A DNA stretch of 64,000 nt from Zygnema circumcarinatum SAG 698-1b (GCA_037447605.1 CM074807.1:4045004-4109003); one strand, 5' to 3'. Shown: positions 1 to 12,837, numbered from the stretch's first letter. Translations and numbers: made by a program. Notes: generated by a model from the sequence alone, not told the origin.

Positions 1-1922
1 GTGCGTTTGGAACTTGACCTACATTCGATGGAGTTGATGGATTACGCCTTGTCGCGCCTCGCAAGGAAAGGAGATACAATAATTGGGCTTTACGCACATA
101 AGCCCGGTAGGTTTTTTTTTTGTTTTTTTGGACTAGTCAGCGTAAGCTTAATAGTGGAATACGAGACAGTAGGATCAACTAGGAGACTTAAACGTGGAGC
201 CCCTTGAAGTCAGTTAAACTTGAAAGAATTTGATAATATGATGTCAATTTCTTTCCAATGATAACCACAAGACTATGAGGCTGGTAAGAGCCAGTAACCC
301 TTATTACATTCTTCTATATTAACATAAACAATTGTGAGATCTAAGGTGACCCTCCCATGTACATTTTCACGAGAGTCATTTGACTTTTAAAGAAGTTTAG
401 TTTATTTGAAGCAGTTTTCCAAGTAGAGTTAGCTGGGACTAATCTGTGCAGTGTTTCTGGAATTTGGTTGAACCTCGTGGTACAGAGGTGAAGCTTATCA
501 GTGCTTTTTCTGCAGTTGTGTGACTGAGCGTAGAGGGGGCGGCTGTCAGGGAAGAGACTTCCTCAGGGAAGGACTGAAGAAGACTTGCCAGCAGTTATGG
601 AGGATATGGTGGCGGCATGGGAAGCTTTGGCGGTTCCCAAGAAGGTAAGAAAACGCAAAAGTAAATCAACAACAACTTTACAAACATGAGCATGTTCTAA
701 TCAAATAGCTTTACATCGTACACTGTCATTCCCTTACACTCCGCTCCCCTCTCTCCCGTTCCCTTGCCCTCCCGCCTCCTCCTTCGCCCAACCCCCCCCT
801 CTCCCCTCCTCCCCCGGTTATATTCACTCTCACTCTCACCCCGCCCCTCCCCTCCCCTCCCCTCACCTCTCTCTCTCTCTCTCCTTCCCTTCCTCCTTCC
901 CTCCTTCCCCCTCTCCCGCCAGGTTCGAGTAGAGGCGAGGGTGACAATTTCAGACAAAGCAAAACCAGCCTTCACGAGGGAAGCGGCAGCACTTGGAGCA
1001 CACACAGTTCTGCTTTCGTGCTCATTCATAAAGTTCGTCGGGAAGCAGCTCAATGGGTGAGTGGTGGAGTGAGGGAGGAAGGCGGGAGAGAGGGAGGGAG
1101 GGAGGGAGGGAGACGGAGGAAGAGTGGAAGGCATGAAGATTGATGTGTTTGAAGGGCTCATGGGTTTTCAGGGTCCATAAGTGGGCTGATGCATGCATAC
1201 ACGACATGCCACGAGAGTGTACCATCATTGTGGTTCGCCATGGCTCCGTTATAACATCATCAAAGGGTGTGTTTTTCCAAACAAACCCTAAAATTTCAAC
1301 TTTTGCGGGTCCAATACATCCGATGGATGTCTTTCAGGGAGCTGATGTGGATTCTACATTCTGCATCAAACGCTTATCTCTACGGCTGTATGGGCATTCT
1401 CCTCACAGGGCGAGGAGGCGTAAAGTCGGAAAAACGAACAGTTTCGAGGAGTAATTCATCATCTTCAAGTCGTCCTAAGCGGAAAATTAGTTTTGGTGAA
1501 GTTGATGAAGCCACAAAACATTATGGAAACACGCAGTTGTCGCGACAAGGAGCAACTACATCCAATGTGTATTTGGGGTATTTTAAAGACTTGGGGGCGG
1601 GAGTAGTAAAGCGCTACAAAGTGGGAGGAAGGCCGTCAGATGCTTCAATTTTGAATGTGAAGGCGGAGTTAGAGATGTGGACAAGGAGAGCAAATTCGAA
1701 TCTGGTGGGAATGTTTAGTGTATTGGTGGATAAAAAGTATTGTGTTGTCGTTTTGGACTATCTACCGCAAGGTTGTCTTTACGAGAATCTGCATGGTGAG
1801 TGGGGTGGGAGGGAGAGAGGAGAGATCTCTATAGTTCCAATGTGAAAGTTAAGCTGGTTTGATTGTATATGTGTTTGTAGGAAGTTTCCTTTTTCATGTT
1901 TGGAATACAGCAAAGAGAGAGG

Positions 1923-1955
<33 letters not shown>

Positions 1956-2591
1956 GGGGAGGGGAGAAGGAGAGGGGCAGACGAGAGGGTGAGAGAGAGA
2001 GAGGAGGAAAGGTGTAAGTGTCAGTGATGGCTTTCCATGGGTCACTATGCAGTAATGACGTCACAACGGAGACTCAGTTGGAAACAACGGATTCGGATTC
2101 TGAGAGGGACGGCGGAGGCAGTATGCTTCCTTCATACGTGCTGCAATCCTCCGGTTTTACATGGAGCTCTGCAGAGTATGAATATCCTGTTGGATGGGGA
2201 CATGGAACCGTTGGTGAGAACTATGAACGGCAGAACTGTAAACTGTGATATATCCACCAATTATCGTGCAAGTTTCTGGCGTATATAGCACACTCTTCTA
2301 TGCTAACTTTGAAAAGGAAAGAGGATGAGGGGTCGACGAAAGGAGAGTGCATCTGAAAGCGTTTTGTTTTGGTAAATTCAGCTTTAAGATTCAGATAATT
2401 GATGTCAAACTGGACAAACCCTAAAAGAGTGAAAAGATGCAGGAGTTATGGAAACCCTAAAATTTTGGAATGGATGTCTGTTTGCAGTTGACGGACTACT
2501 GGATGGAGACGGTGCGAAATGCGGGCGGAGGATCGAATTTTTTTGAGCTGCCGCCAGGCAGCTATGGAGCCCAAGGGTTGGTGCTCTCTCC

Positions 2592-2624
<33 letters not shown>

Positions 2625-3888
2625 CTCTCTGTTTCTGTGTCCCGGTCTCCCTCTCCCCTCCCCACCTCCCACTTGCTCCCTCTCCCTTCCCATCTCTCTC
2701 TCTCCACCACCACCTCTCTGCGTCCCTCTCTCTCTCTCTCTCGCGCGCGCGCCCGACTTTTGCAAACCAAGTATTCACATTTCCTTTCATAGAACTATCA
2801 AATTTCGTATTGTTTTGCCCGACGATACTCCCACAGCTAGCTTAGCCGACACATTTTTGAGACCAGTGATTGTGAATTTCCTGTGCAGCTATCTTGCTCC
2901 GGAGATTCAAGCTGAAGCAGGCCGGCCTTCGCTATCAAGCTTTGAGGGAGATGTGTATGCATATGGCATTCTCATGATGGAGCTTGTGACTGGGAAACGT
3001 GCATTTGAAGAGGGACGGAAACCTGCCTTTCTACATGCATGGGTAAGCAGATGGGAGAGGCAGAGAGAGGGACAGGAGGGAGATAGAGTGGATAGGGAGA
3101 GGGGTGGGGAAGTCGGTGGAGAGTGGATGGAAGGGAGAGGGATGTAGAGAGGTATAAGGAGAGGCAGGCGGAGCAGGAGGAAATGGAAACGAGGAGAGGG
3201 AGGGCGAGAGAGGGGGATGGGGAGAGGGGAGGGGGGAGGGGTCTGCAAAGTGCTTGTGCACCTTCTGCATCAGCTACTTCGTCTGAAAAAGTTTCTATTT
3301 TTGTGGAAAACCTCTTGAATGCAGTTGAAACCCCTTCTTCGAAACAGAGAATATCGTGAAATCGTTGATTCTAAGCTGTTCAGCAATTATGATGTTAAGG
3401 AGGTCACTGCACTGGTGGACATCGCCATGGCCTGCTGCGACCTCGACCCAATGAGGAGGCCTCCAATGGAAGAGGTAACTTACATTTGGATGTGAGGAGA
3501 CTGAAAATGTTAAGTCTTTCAAGTTTTTTGACTTTGAGTCAGTCTCCCTCAGCCAAGGAAGGGAGGTCCTCTCCCCTTTCATCCCTCTCTCCTTCTGCGT
3601 ACTTTTCCCTCTCCTCTCTCCTCTCTCCCTCCTCCCGTCCGCTCCCTCTCCCTCACTCTCGCCCTGCCTCCCTTCCAATCGAGCCGCCGGAAGGGGAAGG
3701 AAAAGAAAGTAATCGAAACTTCAGAGCGGGCGCCTACAACGATGTGAGGTGAACCTAACCTTTGTATTTGGAAAGATGATTGTTTTTTACGTTACGATTT
3801 GTGGTTTTCTCTGCAGGTGTTGAGGAGAGTGGAGGATGCGGTGACTTCCCCGGACAGTTATAGCATCACAGAGCCGTCGCTCGCATAG
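1..3888 (+). CDS. UspA-like domain + Pelle/RLK kinase domain protein (RLCK-VI-type architecture), predicted pseudokinase; probably 5'-incomplete
   Basis: Phase-consistent GT-AG exons at about 1-106, 550-644, 923-1057, 1172-1266, 1409-1795, 2053-2213, 2488-2576, 2889-3042, 3326-3475 and 3817-3888 (TAG). N-terminal LDLHSMELMDYALSRLARKGDTIIGLY and VRVEARVTISDKAKPAFTREAAALGAHTVLL resemble the UspA domain of RLCK-VI proteins. Kinase motifs: LSWKQRIRILRGTAEAVCFLH, GYLAPE, DVYAYGILMMELVTGKRAF, CCDLDPMRRPPMEEV. HRD reads HGA and DFG reads DYW. Confidence 0.85.
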
Positions 3889-4521
3889 AAAGGTCTGAAT
3901 TTTTAAATTTGTATAATGGAAGCATGTAGAGGCGCCCCCGTCAATGTCAAATATATTTGAACGTGTTTAAGGTTTCGGCCAAGGTGTAGGCAAAGAGAGA
4001 GTGAGAGAGAGTGACAGAGGGAGGGAGAAGGGGAGGGAAGAAATGGGAGAGAGGGGGAGAGGGGGAGGGGGGCAGAGAGTGAGAGAGAGAGAGAGAGAGG
4101 GAGAGCTCTTGTTCGAAGTAGTGTGAAGATTTGATTTATTGATTTTTATTTTATTTTTAATTTAAAATGTACTTTACCCATTTCTAAAAATAACCGAGGG
4201 GCCTTGTGGTTGGAAAAGCTCAACATCGCTCATCAGTTCATGTTATGTCTCCTCTCAACGCGTCCACTCACATCACGCCACTCATGTCATGTCATGTCAC
4301 ATCGAATGGCATTACGTCATGTCAGATGAAAAAAATGGCATAGAATTCACTAAACATGAGAGCTGATGTACAGGAACAAACCACAAAATTAAGCTCTTAA
4401 TGGCGTGCCCTTCATGATTCGTCCCACACCCCTCTGCTATTTACACATTAATCATTCGGCCGAGCCAAGCCACCAGAAAAGGGAGAAAGGAAGGCGCGGA
4501 ATACACAGCAAAAGCTTTGCC

Positions 4522-6693
4522 TTACTTCCGTGACGCTCTTTTTGGAGGAGGGAACTTCAGCGGTACAGGGAGAGTGACTCGATACCTTAATGCTACGAAA
4601 AGCTTGGACTCCTTCGACCTCACTTGCGTCAGCTTACAACCAAGCTCCTTCAAGTAAGGGGTCAGCAATTTCGACGATAGCTCAAGGTCGTCTCCCAACA
4701 TATGAGGATCCATGTTGAACCCCTCCACATGAAGAGCAACCACTAGGATTGTGCTAATCAACAAGTCACGATGGGATTTCAAGCGTCTCACACGGCCTGC
4801 TCTCTCTCCTTCACTCTCTCTCTGCGAATACAACGACATGAACTTTTCCACGATCTGACGGGGAACTTGAAGGACCTTTCCAACAGTTTCAGGGTCGGTT
4901 GAAGTGTAGTAGGTTTCGTCCTCCTCCTCGTCCATCGTCTTCTTTGTGATTACAAGCTCGCCCTCCTCATCTCCTTCACCGGTCACGTTCGGCCTATTTC
5001 TGTTTCTGCTCCTTCTGAAGCTCAGACCTGGGGGAGCCTTGTAAAAAGTTATCAAGAACGTCAAGTAGACCAAAAGACAAGCCCGCCTCTTAGCTTCGTC
5101 AGCAGAAACCTGCACAGGAAAGTGCAGGGAGAGAACGGAAGGAGAAATGTGAGTAGAGAGACAAAGGCAGGGAAGGAGGGGGCGAGAGAGTGGGAGAGTT
5201 CCAAATCGTGGCGGGTGCTTTGGAAAATGGACTTTCGGGGTTATCCCTCAACTCGCAATCCCATATTTTACGAATGTATCTTCGTCTGAAAGTCGTATTC
5301 AAGCAGGATTGCCCTCTTACATTTGTGAGTAATAGGCTCGCTCGATCCCTGACATATGCAGGGTAAATTTTTTGAATCCGTTCCAGAGATTGTTTCATTT
5401 TCTGGGCAGCCACAAGCTCGCTTGCTTTTGTATCCAGGAGCTCCCATTCATCCTCCTTGATGATTTTGTCAATAGGATACACATCCTCTGCTTTCTCTGC
5501 TTGTTTATTAAAGAAAGGCATATTTCTATGCTGATCAATTCCATGCTGGGCCTCAGCTTCCGCCATTGTGAGCATTCCTTCCCGCTGGGTTGCACTTTGG
5601 ACTAATTGGCTGAGAGCGGAGGATGCTCCGATATGGTCGTCCTTGATGCGACCCTTATCGTAGTTAGCAAGCTGAAACCAAAGGGAAGAAAAGGATCAGA
5701 TAGATACATATATACATGTATGTGTGTTACGTGGATAAGCATACAGTTATACAGGTCTGAATGAAGACCAGCAACTGCAACTGACCTCTCTTTGCTTCTT
5801 TTTGCTTCCAAAAACCGCAGTCAGACTCCTCCTCTTTGCAGCCAACTCCTCTGCCTTCGTGGTCTCATCTTCCAAAACTTTTTCTTTCTCCTCCTCCAAC
5901 GCAGCATTGCCATATGACACTCCTCTCACGCGAGGCTCCATCCGTAAAACCTGTCGCATCGATTTTATACAATTCCGTAAAGGAAAGTCGACACAAGAAA
6001 GTTGCATTTTGCACTCATTCTATGCTCCTCCTAGGAAACCAATCTGCCTAGAGCTTATATTCCGTCCCGCTTATCCATAATTGATCGCATTGAAATGAGA
6101 CAAATGCAAGAAGTGTGATGCTCCACGGCGTACCTTCAAGAGGAATTCTACACTAATCAGAGAGCCCCCATCAAATTCGAATTCTTACCCTTGGCATCAC
6201 CCAAATTAACCCTAATTTTACTTATTTCCTGACCTTGAACTATCATCCTCACCCCAACCCACTCTACGCCTATCCCTAAAACCGTTCCGGCTCGCCTCAA
6301 GCTCACCTTATCTGCTGCAACTGGCATCATAGTCATCTCTCCCGTCCTTTTATTGAACACCGCCAGCGCATATCGGACTGGATTCCACATTTGCGCATCC
6401 GCAGTGAGGGATCTCCCAACAAAATCCATCACAGGGGTCTCCATGACCAGCAGATGCCTCCCTGAACTTGCAGTCCGAGATCCCTCGTATGATTTTATGG
6501 CTACATCTCCCTCTCCTCCTCCCTCCCTCCCATGCATCCTTCCTCCCGGAACATACCCTGATGGGAAATGCACCACAAACGGCGGCTGCTCTTCCTCCCC
6601 GGGAAGCTTTAGATTCACCTTCCCCTGCAGCTTCTCCTTTCTCCTCTTCCGCTTCAGCTCTGAGCTTCCTCCTGCCACGCGGCGCTCGTCCAT
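4522..6693 (-). CDS. RPA49: RNA polymerase I subunit RPA49 (A49/PAF53-like)
   Basis: Exons lie within ORFs 6157-6693, 5747-6007, 5099-5575 and 4522-5115. Motifs: VVHFPSGY, FVGRS..RYALAVFNKRTGEM, AVFGSKKKQR, NMPFFNKQAEKAEDVYPIDKII, LLISTILVVALHVEGF, YLKELGCKL and C-terminal LPVPLKFPPPKR. Confidence 0.85.
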
Positions 6694-7340
6694 GGCTGCT
6701 CTCAGGGAGGGAGCAGAAGAAGCTGTGAAGAATTAGGGTTGGAAGTGCCCACCCTAATTTTGTGCTTTTGGGTTCGCTGTGGCACTTTATCGTGTTTAGT
6801 TTCACGGAACGGCGAAACATAGAATATACGGCCATAATGGTCGATAAGATAACCCAATATCGGGATATACCTACAGTATCGATCTAGTAAGAATATATAT
6901 ACGTATATGGAATATCACTGCAGCGATATATCGACGAATTCGGTATATCTCGATATACCGAACGCCGTGAGAAGGAAGGAGACCGGAGAGTGGAGGTAAG
7001 TCAGTGGTGCTCGTCGAGGTGCGCAATATGGCATGCAATTGATTTGTGGGAAATTCGAACTTAGAAATTATTTGGTTGGTTTCAAGAGGTTCCATGTCAA
7101 CATGGCAATGAGTGGAGGAGCCATGAAACTGGAAAGGACAAATGTGGAGATGCGTCGGTTGTTTAACAACATCGGAAACTACGTTGCATGTTTCGTTTTG
7201 AGTTCAACTCATGCACAATTTGAGCATGCACGTATGTCGAGAGAAAGTCAGGCCTGACCTGAAATGCCCACAGAATTTAATCAGCATTTTTAAGAAAAAA
7301 AATTAAAGATTATTTCCTAATCTGGCCGTCAACTGCATAT

Positions 7341-8433
7341 CTATGATTTTGGAGGCAACGGTAATTTGAGCCCTAATCTTTCTATAAAAGGACCCATTGA
7401 AACTTTTTGAGGAAGTCTCCAGCTGCGCCTGAGCCCTTCCTTTATACAGACCTTGGCTCTTCTCTTCACTGAACTCAGCCCCTCCCCAAATCCTAATTGA
7501 GGCTCCTGCATGCGTTGGGTGAGCCCAGATTTCAAAAGAGAGCTCCTTGCAGCAGCAGCATGAGCTGTTGCTTCCACCACGTCTGCCCACCAGATCGCCT
7601 GCAGCGCAAAATTGCTTGAATTAACTTCTTTTAAGTCAAATTACTTGGATTGGTTTGAAGTCGAAAATGTTTCATTGAAAGAAATCGAATTACAGCAACA
7701 ATAACCGTTCTCTTCCTCTGCATTGCCTGGAAGAATCTACACACAGAAAGGCCTTTCAGTTAGACAATTGTTTAACTGACTCATATCATATGAATGGCTT
7801 CCTGAAGCTCACCATATGGACTACTCCCTGCCACGCGGCGTAACCGAGAGGGACCACTGAGAACCTGCAACCATTGGGAAGCTGCCATGTCAGCAATTTG
7901 TTCTTGAACTCTGAACCTAAAGGTCAATCTGAGTCCTGGAGGCTGTAACCGTCATCTTAGGCCTTCCAAAAACTACAATTTTGACAAATTCGTGGTTGCA
8001 CATAATCGTACAATGAAACCCTAATCAGAAAAAAACTGCTCCTAATTTGATGACAGGTTCATGCGTCAACACTGACATGCCACGGCCACCACGCATTGCG
8101 AATTCCTTCGGAGGCGTCCATTCCTCATACCTGCAATTTGCAGATTCCAATTCACCACCCCAGCCTTTCTCTTTCAGTCAAACCATTCGCAACAGCTAAA
8201 GCCATTTGAAAATCAACTGGCTCCACCTCTAGGCCTTGGAAAGTGACCAGGAATATAAAACAAGAGACGGTAAGACATCGTATTCATGCATACTGGGACC
8301 ATTCTGAGAGCATGTCCGGCATCACGTACAGCCATCCGTAGCGGCGATCGTGAACAAGCTGCTGCTGACGCGCCTCTCCGACAAAAAGCTGCATCGACTG
8401 GCACTGCTTGTTGAATGCCGAAGCTCGCGGCAT
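7341..8433 (-). CDS. 155-aa four-exon hypothetical protein (RYGWLYEEWTPP..GGRGMF motif), absent from the ORF track as a unit
   Basis: ATG at 8433 in GCAGCCATG context. Exons 8330-8433, 8077-8130, 7813-7864 and 7341-7598 are all GT-AG, with phases 2,2,0, and total 468 nt with no internal stop. Product: MPRASAFNKQCQSMQLFVGEARQQQLVHDRRYGWLYEEWTPPKEFAMRGGRGMFSVVPLGYAAWQGVVHMAIWWADVV...LPLPPKS. Confidence 0.7.
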
Positions 8434-11400
8434 GGCTGCTCTCTTTCTCTTCTCCCTCTCTCTCTCCCTCTCCGCTATCCCTCAGCTGCCTCCCGTATTC
8501 AATTCCTCTCTCGTCTCCCTCACTCTCTCCCTCTCTCTCTCGCCTTGCTCCCTCTCCCACTCTTCCTCCCTCTCCCTCCATGCAGGCGCCTCCCTCCCAC
8601 ACAAAGAAACAACAAACCCTAACATTTCAGTTCCCTGTCAAGCTTTCTACAGTAACTAACATCAAACAGTTATTCATGGAAAACGTTGGACTGTCCTGGT
8701 CAACTTGTTGAACTGCCAGTAAAACAATTGTGTTACTTGTGGCTATTAGACCTTAAACAGAAAAACCAATAAGAATCTGCCACGTACACATTTTTTCAGG
8801 TGGCGAATTTAACTGGAAGATATTCGACTCCCGAAAGGCAATAACCCCTACGGCCTACGCTTCTCTATGCAACTGTTGCAGTCCAACACGGAAACGCCAG
8901 ACATTTTTTGGACTTCACGAACGGAGCTATTCCATGCAAGGAGTCGCCAGTGCTGATCGTACTCACGAGATCCACCTGCCTTTCGTACTCTTTGTCGTTT
9001 TTTGTGTGGTACTATACGGACGAGATCGTCCACCGTACGAATACTGTACGAACGGCTTTGAGTCAATGCAGGATCGTACGAACTCGCACGAGTTGTTACA
9101 TACGGAAATTGTCGTTTTGGGAAACGCCAGAGCCGTGGGATTCTCTTTTTCCCCTCTACCCTTTTTTTTATTTTTATTTTTGGTTTTGGCGGCTTCGTTA
9201 TTTTTCTATTTTGTTTGTCGTCATAAGAAACAAAGTCATGCATCTTCAAATTCTATACTTGCAATTCATTTTTTCCTGCCCGTTGACCGTCTTTCGCCTG
9301 GACCGGCCCATGGCAGTCCAATCGAGAACGTTTTTGAGTTGCCAATTTTTGTTTCGAGCTGCCCGCCTGTTTCAGGTTTTTTTCTTCAAACCTGGTTTGC
9401 GGTTCAAGTGCTTAGGATTTTCCTTTTTTTGACTCGTATTTCTTTATCTTGTGGCTGCTTTGTGCCGCATGACGTAAGAACGCATCAGCAAAACAGAAGC
9501 GATACATGACAACGCTCGCAGAAATGAAAAATCATTTTATTTTGGTGGCAGAAGAATGACAAAAAAAAGGAATTTGTAAAGAATTTTTCTCCACAATTGG
9601 CACCTTCCACGGGCAAGTTCCAGAAAAACTTTTATAAAATATGTTTCACCAAAACGTTTATTTTTTTTGAAGGCCGCGCCATTGAAAGTCCGGCTCTCGT
9701 TTGGACGGCTCAGATTTACCGTCCAGCAAATAACGGCTCAGATTGACGAACCGACATTTTGGACGGCCACGATTCGTCCACCGACAAAAATCGACGGCTG
9801 TTGTTTGGGGGGAACTCCGCTTGTTCTTTTCTTTTTGACTGGCGATGATCCAGTCAATGGACATCCTGTTCATTCTCCTTCAAGAAGGCTCTCCCTTGGA
9901 GCTCCAATCCATGGCGGCCCCCTCCTCTTGAAAGCTCTCTGGAGACTCACACCGTACACTTCTTGCTCTGAAAGTATGAATATTGATTTTAGCTCCACTC
10001 ATATGCTCTTGGGAAATCGAAAAATCGCAAGGATCTGATGGTTTCTGTACTTCCAAACCTCGCTGCAAGTGTCACGAAGGTGCAGCTTTTGTCCTGCTAA
10101 TGTCCTATCTATCTGGGCTCTTGCTTTCCACTTTCTGATTAAATTACGGTTTAAATATCGCTTCTATGTTTGTCGCTGGCATCGTGTCCTCCCTTAAATT
10201 CGGCAGAAGAATCATTCCATTATTTGAAGTTTTTGAAGTTTTGAAGAAGTTTCTGGAAATCCCAAGCAGCATGTGTGAGGCATTCTGCCGAGATAGAGGA
10301 ATGGTGGGAGAGTTGGATAGGAGAGTGAACGAGCGATGTGAGAAGTGTTTTGGTGAGCGGGGCGGAAGAGGCCGTAGGGGAGGAGGAGGGGAGGGAGGGA
10401 GGGAGGGAGGGAGGGAGGGAGGGGGGAAGGGGAGGAGGGGAGGGAGCGCGGAGAGATGGGGGAGGTAGGGAGGGAGGGGTGAGGAGGAAGGGGAGGGAGG
10501 GAGGGAAGGAGGGAAGGAAGGGTGGCGGAGTGAAGGGGGTGGGGGGAAGGGAGGGGGTGTGTGGGGAAGGGGGGCAGGGGTAAGAGGGAGGGGAGGTGAG
10601 GGAGGGAGGGGTGGAAGGCGGGGAAGGGGAGGGGGGGGTGTGGAAGGGGAGGCGGGGAGGGAGGTGCGGGCGGGGGAGGGAAGGGAAGGGAGGGAGGGAG
10701 GGTGGGAAAGAGAGAGGGAAGAGGGAGGGAGGAAGAGGAGTTATGAGATGGAACAGAGTTGGAGAGAGGGTATATTGGACGGAACGAATATGGGAGGGAG
10801 GAACGGAATTAAGGGAGAATCGGGGGTTGAGAGGAACAAGGGGAGATGACTGAACGGGAGGATGGGGAGGAGGAAGAGCGAAGGAGGCAGTGGGGACGAG
10901 AGAGCGGGATGCAGTAAAGGTTTTTTTTCGTTACGAGAGTTGCGTGCGTATCGATAAGGGCATCGCAGAAATAATCCGGTCTTTTTTCCTAGCAAATGAG
11001 ATGTGTGAGATGAAATGTGGGATTTAAGACCGTACATTTAGGGTTCAGCGAATGTTTGCACGAGTATCTATCTTATGACGTAGTCAGTCTGGTAGATCAA
11101 TGACAGTGTCAAGCCGGAAGAGGAAATCTCTTGCGTGACTAATAACGCTCTGAAGCTTTCGGAGTGGTAGAGGAGTGGAGAAGTCAATTTTGATTAGATA
11201 GATGGCAGTACGCCCATTCTTTTTCTATTTTGAAGCTTATGTGGAGTTCATATGAGGCTAGAGAAGAAATATAGGAAATAAGGTGATGGGTATTTTTGCA
11301 AATATGAAGGTCTTTATTTACTGCCCACAAGTGACTTGTTCCTTTCGCTAGATGAGTGGTATGTTGACTTCCTAGGGCTGGGCTGGTCGATTTCTGCCAG

Positions 11401-11778
11401 ATAGGCTGTTGTTTGTTGTTCTGCACATTAGGACTATCGTATGGTTGTTTCAGTAGTCTACGCAGAGAGGTCGACTTTTTTGCTTGTGCTTATATGGAGC
11501 TCCTTTTCTGTAGCACAGAAAGCCAGTATCTTTCAGGATCTGGCTGGTGCATGTTCAGAATTTCTGAAGGGTTGGGCTTGTTCTTAGGCTTTGTGTGCTT
11601 TTATTCAGCTACGGCTGAATTGAAGCTTTTCTGAGTCCAGATTGGCCCAAACAGTCGACTTATCGTCTCTTTTCGGGTTTCTTTTTTTCTTCTTGTAGGT
11701 GGCCTTCTACTCCCAATTAAACCAAACATTTGTGAGTGAAAATCTTGTAAGAATTTTGTTAATCTGAAGGTAAAAAAA

Positions 11779-12837
11779 ATGGCTGCTATCAGCTCAGAAG
11801 ATGTATCGAGAAGTTCTGTTGGAGGACTGAAGCGGAGCGGGGGACCTCCTGCAAACCAAATCCCGAAAAAGATTGGAAAGAAGGAAAGGAAAGGAAAGGA
11901 GCCTCGCCCTCCAATAGAAGAGCCTCCCACTCAAGTGATCCAAACGGATGCAGCCCACTTTCGAATGCTTGTGCAGGAGCTCACATCTGGGAAATCTCCA
12001 ACTCCTCCCTCTCCCCCTCCCTCTCTCTCCCCCGCTTCTTCTCCACTAAGTTCGCCCTCTGCTATCACGCCAAAAACAAACCAAAGGTTGAGAAGTCTAG
12101 CTCCTCCTCCCATTCGACCTATTCCTTCTCCAGCCGCCCAGGGATTTAGGCCTGTTCCCCCCCGAAACAGCTCATTATCTGGAAATACCGCAAATGTTCC
12201 ACAGGATGATACTACTAGCTCTGCCGAGGGTCCCTCTAGTAGCCTGCAGGGACCCTCTAGTAGCCTGCAGGGACCCTCCAGTAGCCTGCAGGGACCCTCC
12301 AGTAGCCTGCACGGACACTCCAGTAGCCTGCAGGGACCCTCCAGTAGCCTGCAGGGACCCTCGAATAGCATAAGTCCAGGAAGCAACAATACCAGTATGC
12401 CTCAGTTTCCAATGGCTGGTATGCCTGGCTCTCCTTTCGCCCTTTTCTCTCCCCATCTTCTCTCTCCGCTAGCACTACTCTCTCCCCGAGACCTTTTTTG
12501 GGCAGGATTTCCGGAATCTCCGGGCAGCTTAGCAATGAAGGAAATGGCTATGATGGCTATGGCTCAAGCGATGGGAGCTAGAGATGCGAATGGGGTCCCT
12601 ATGGGCCGCCAAGAAAATTTTCCGCAGCCGGGCGGCATGATGCCATGCCCTTCTCCAACAAGCATGCATCCCATGCTTCATTCCGGATATGGGGCCATGT
12701 TTCCTGCATTTCCAGCTGGGTTCGGTTTAGCACCACAGATGACTATGACTACTGCATCGATGCCGATTTCGCCTCCGGGATATTACGGGGATCGACTATA
12801 TGATCCAACGAAAGGACCACCGGATGGCCCGTCTTAG
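11779..12837 (+). CDS. VQ motif-containing protein (WRKY/MAPK interactor family), intronless CDS
   Basis: 352-aa ORF with TQVIQTDAAHFRMLVQELTSG (FxxhVQxLT core, LTS variant), a basic N-terminus and many Ser/Thr-Pro sites (SPLALLSPRDLF). Confidence 0.9.
   Translation: MAAISSEDVSRSSVGGLKRSGGPPANQIPKKIGKKERKGKEPRPPIEEPPTQVIQTDAAHFRMLVQELTSGKSPTPPSPPPSLSPASSPLSSPSAITPKTNQRLRSLAPPPIRPIPSPAAQGFRPVPPRNSSLSGNTANVPQDDTTSSAEGPSSSLQGPSSSLQGPSSSLQGPSSSLHGHSSSLQGPSSSLQGPSNSISPGSNNTSMPQFPMAGMPGSPFALFSPHLLSPLALLSPRDLFWAGFPESPGSLAMKEMAMMAMAQAMGARDANGVPMGRQENFPQPGGMMPCPSPTSMHPMLHSGYGAMFPAFPAGFGLAPQMTMTTASMPISPPGYYGDRLYDPTKGPPDGPS
12229..12363 (+). repeat. In-frame 21-bp tandem repeat encoding (GPSSSLQ)x6 plus a partial unit
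   Basis: GG[AT]CCCTC[CT]AGTAGCCTGCA[GC] is repeated six times inside the VQ CDS. Confidence 0.95.

Noticed and set aside
11931-12535. Antisense ORFs with LLEGPCR / LQATGGS repeats
   Set aside because: They are shadows of the VQ 21-bp repeat.
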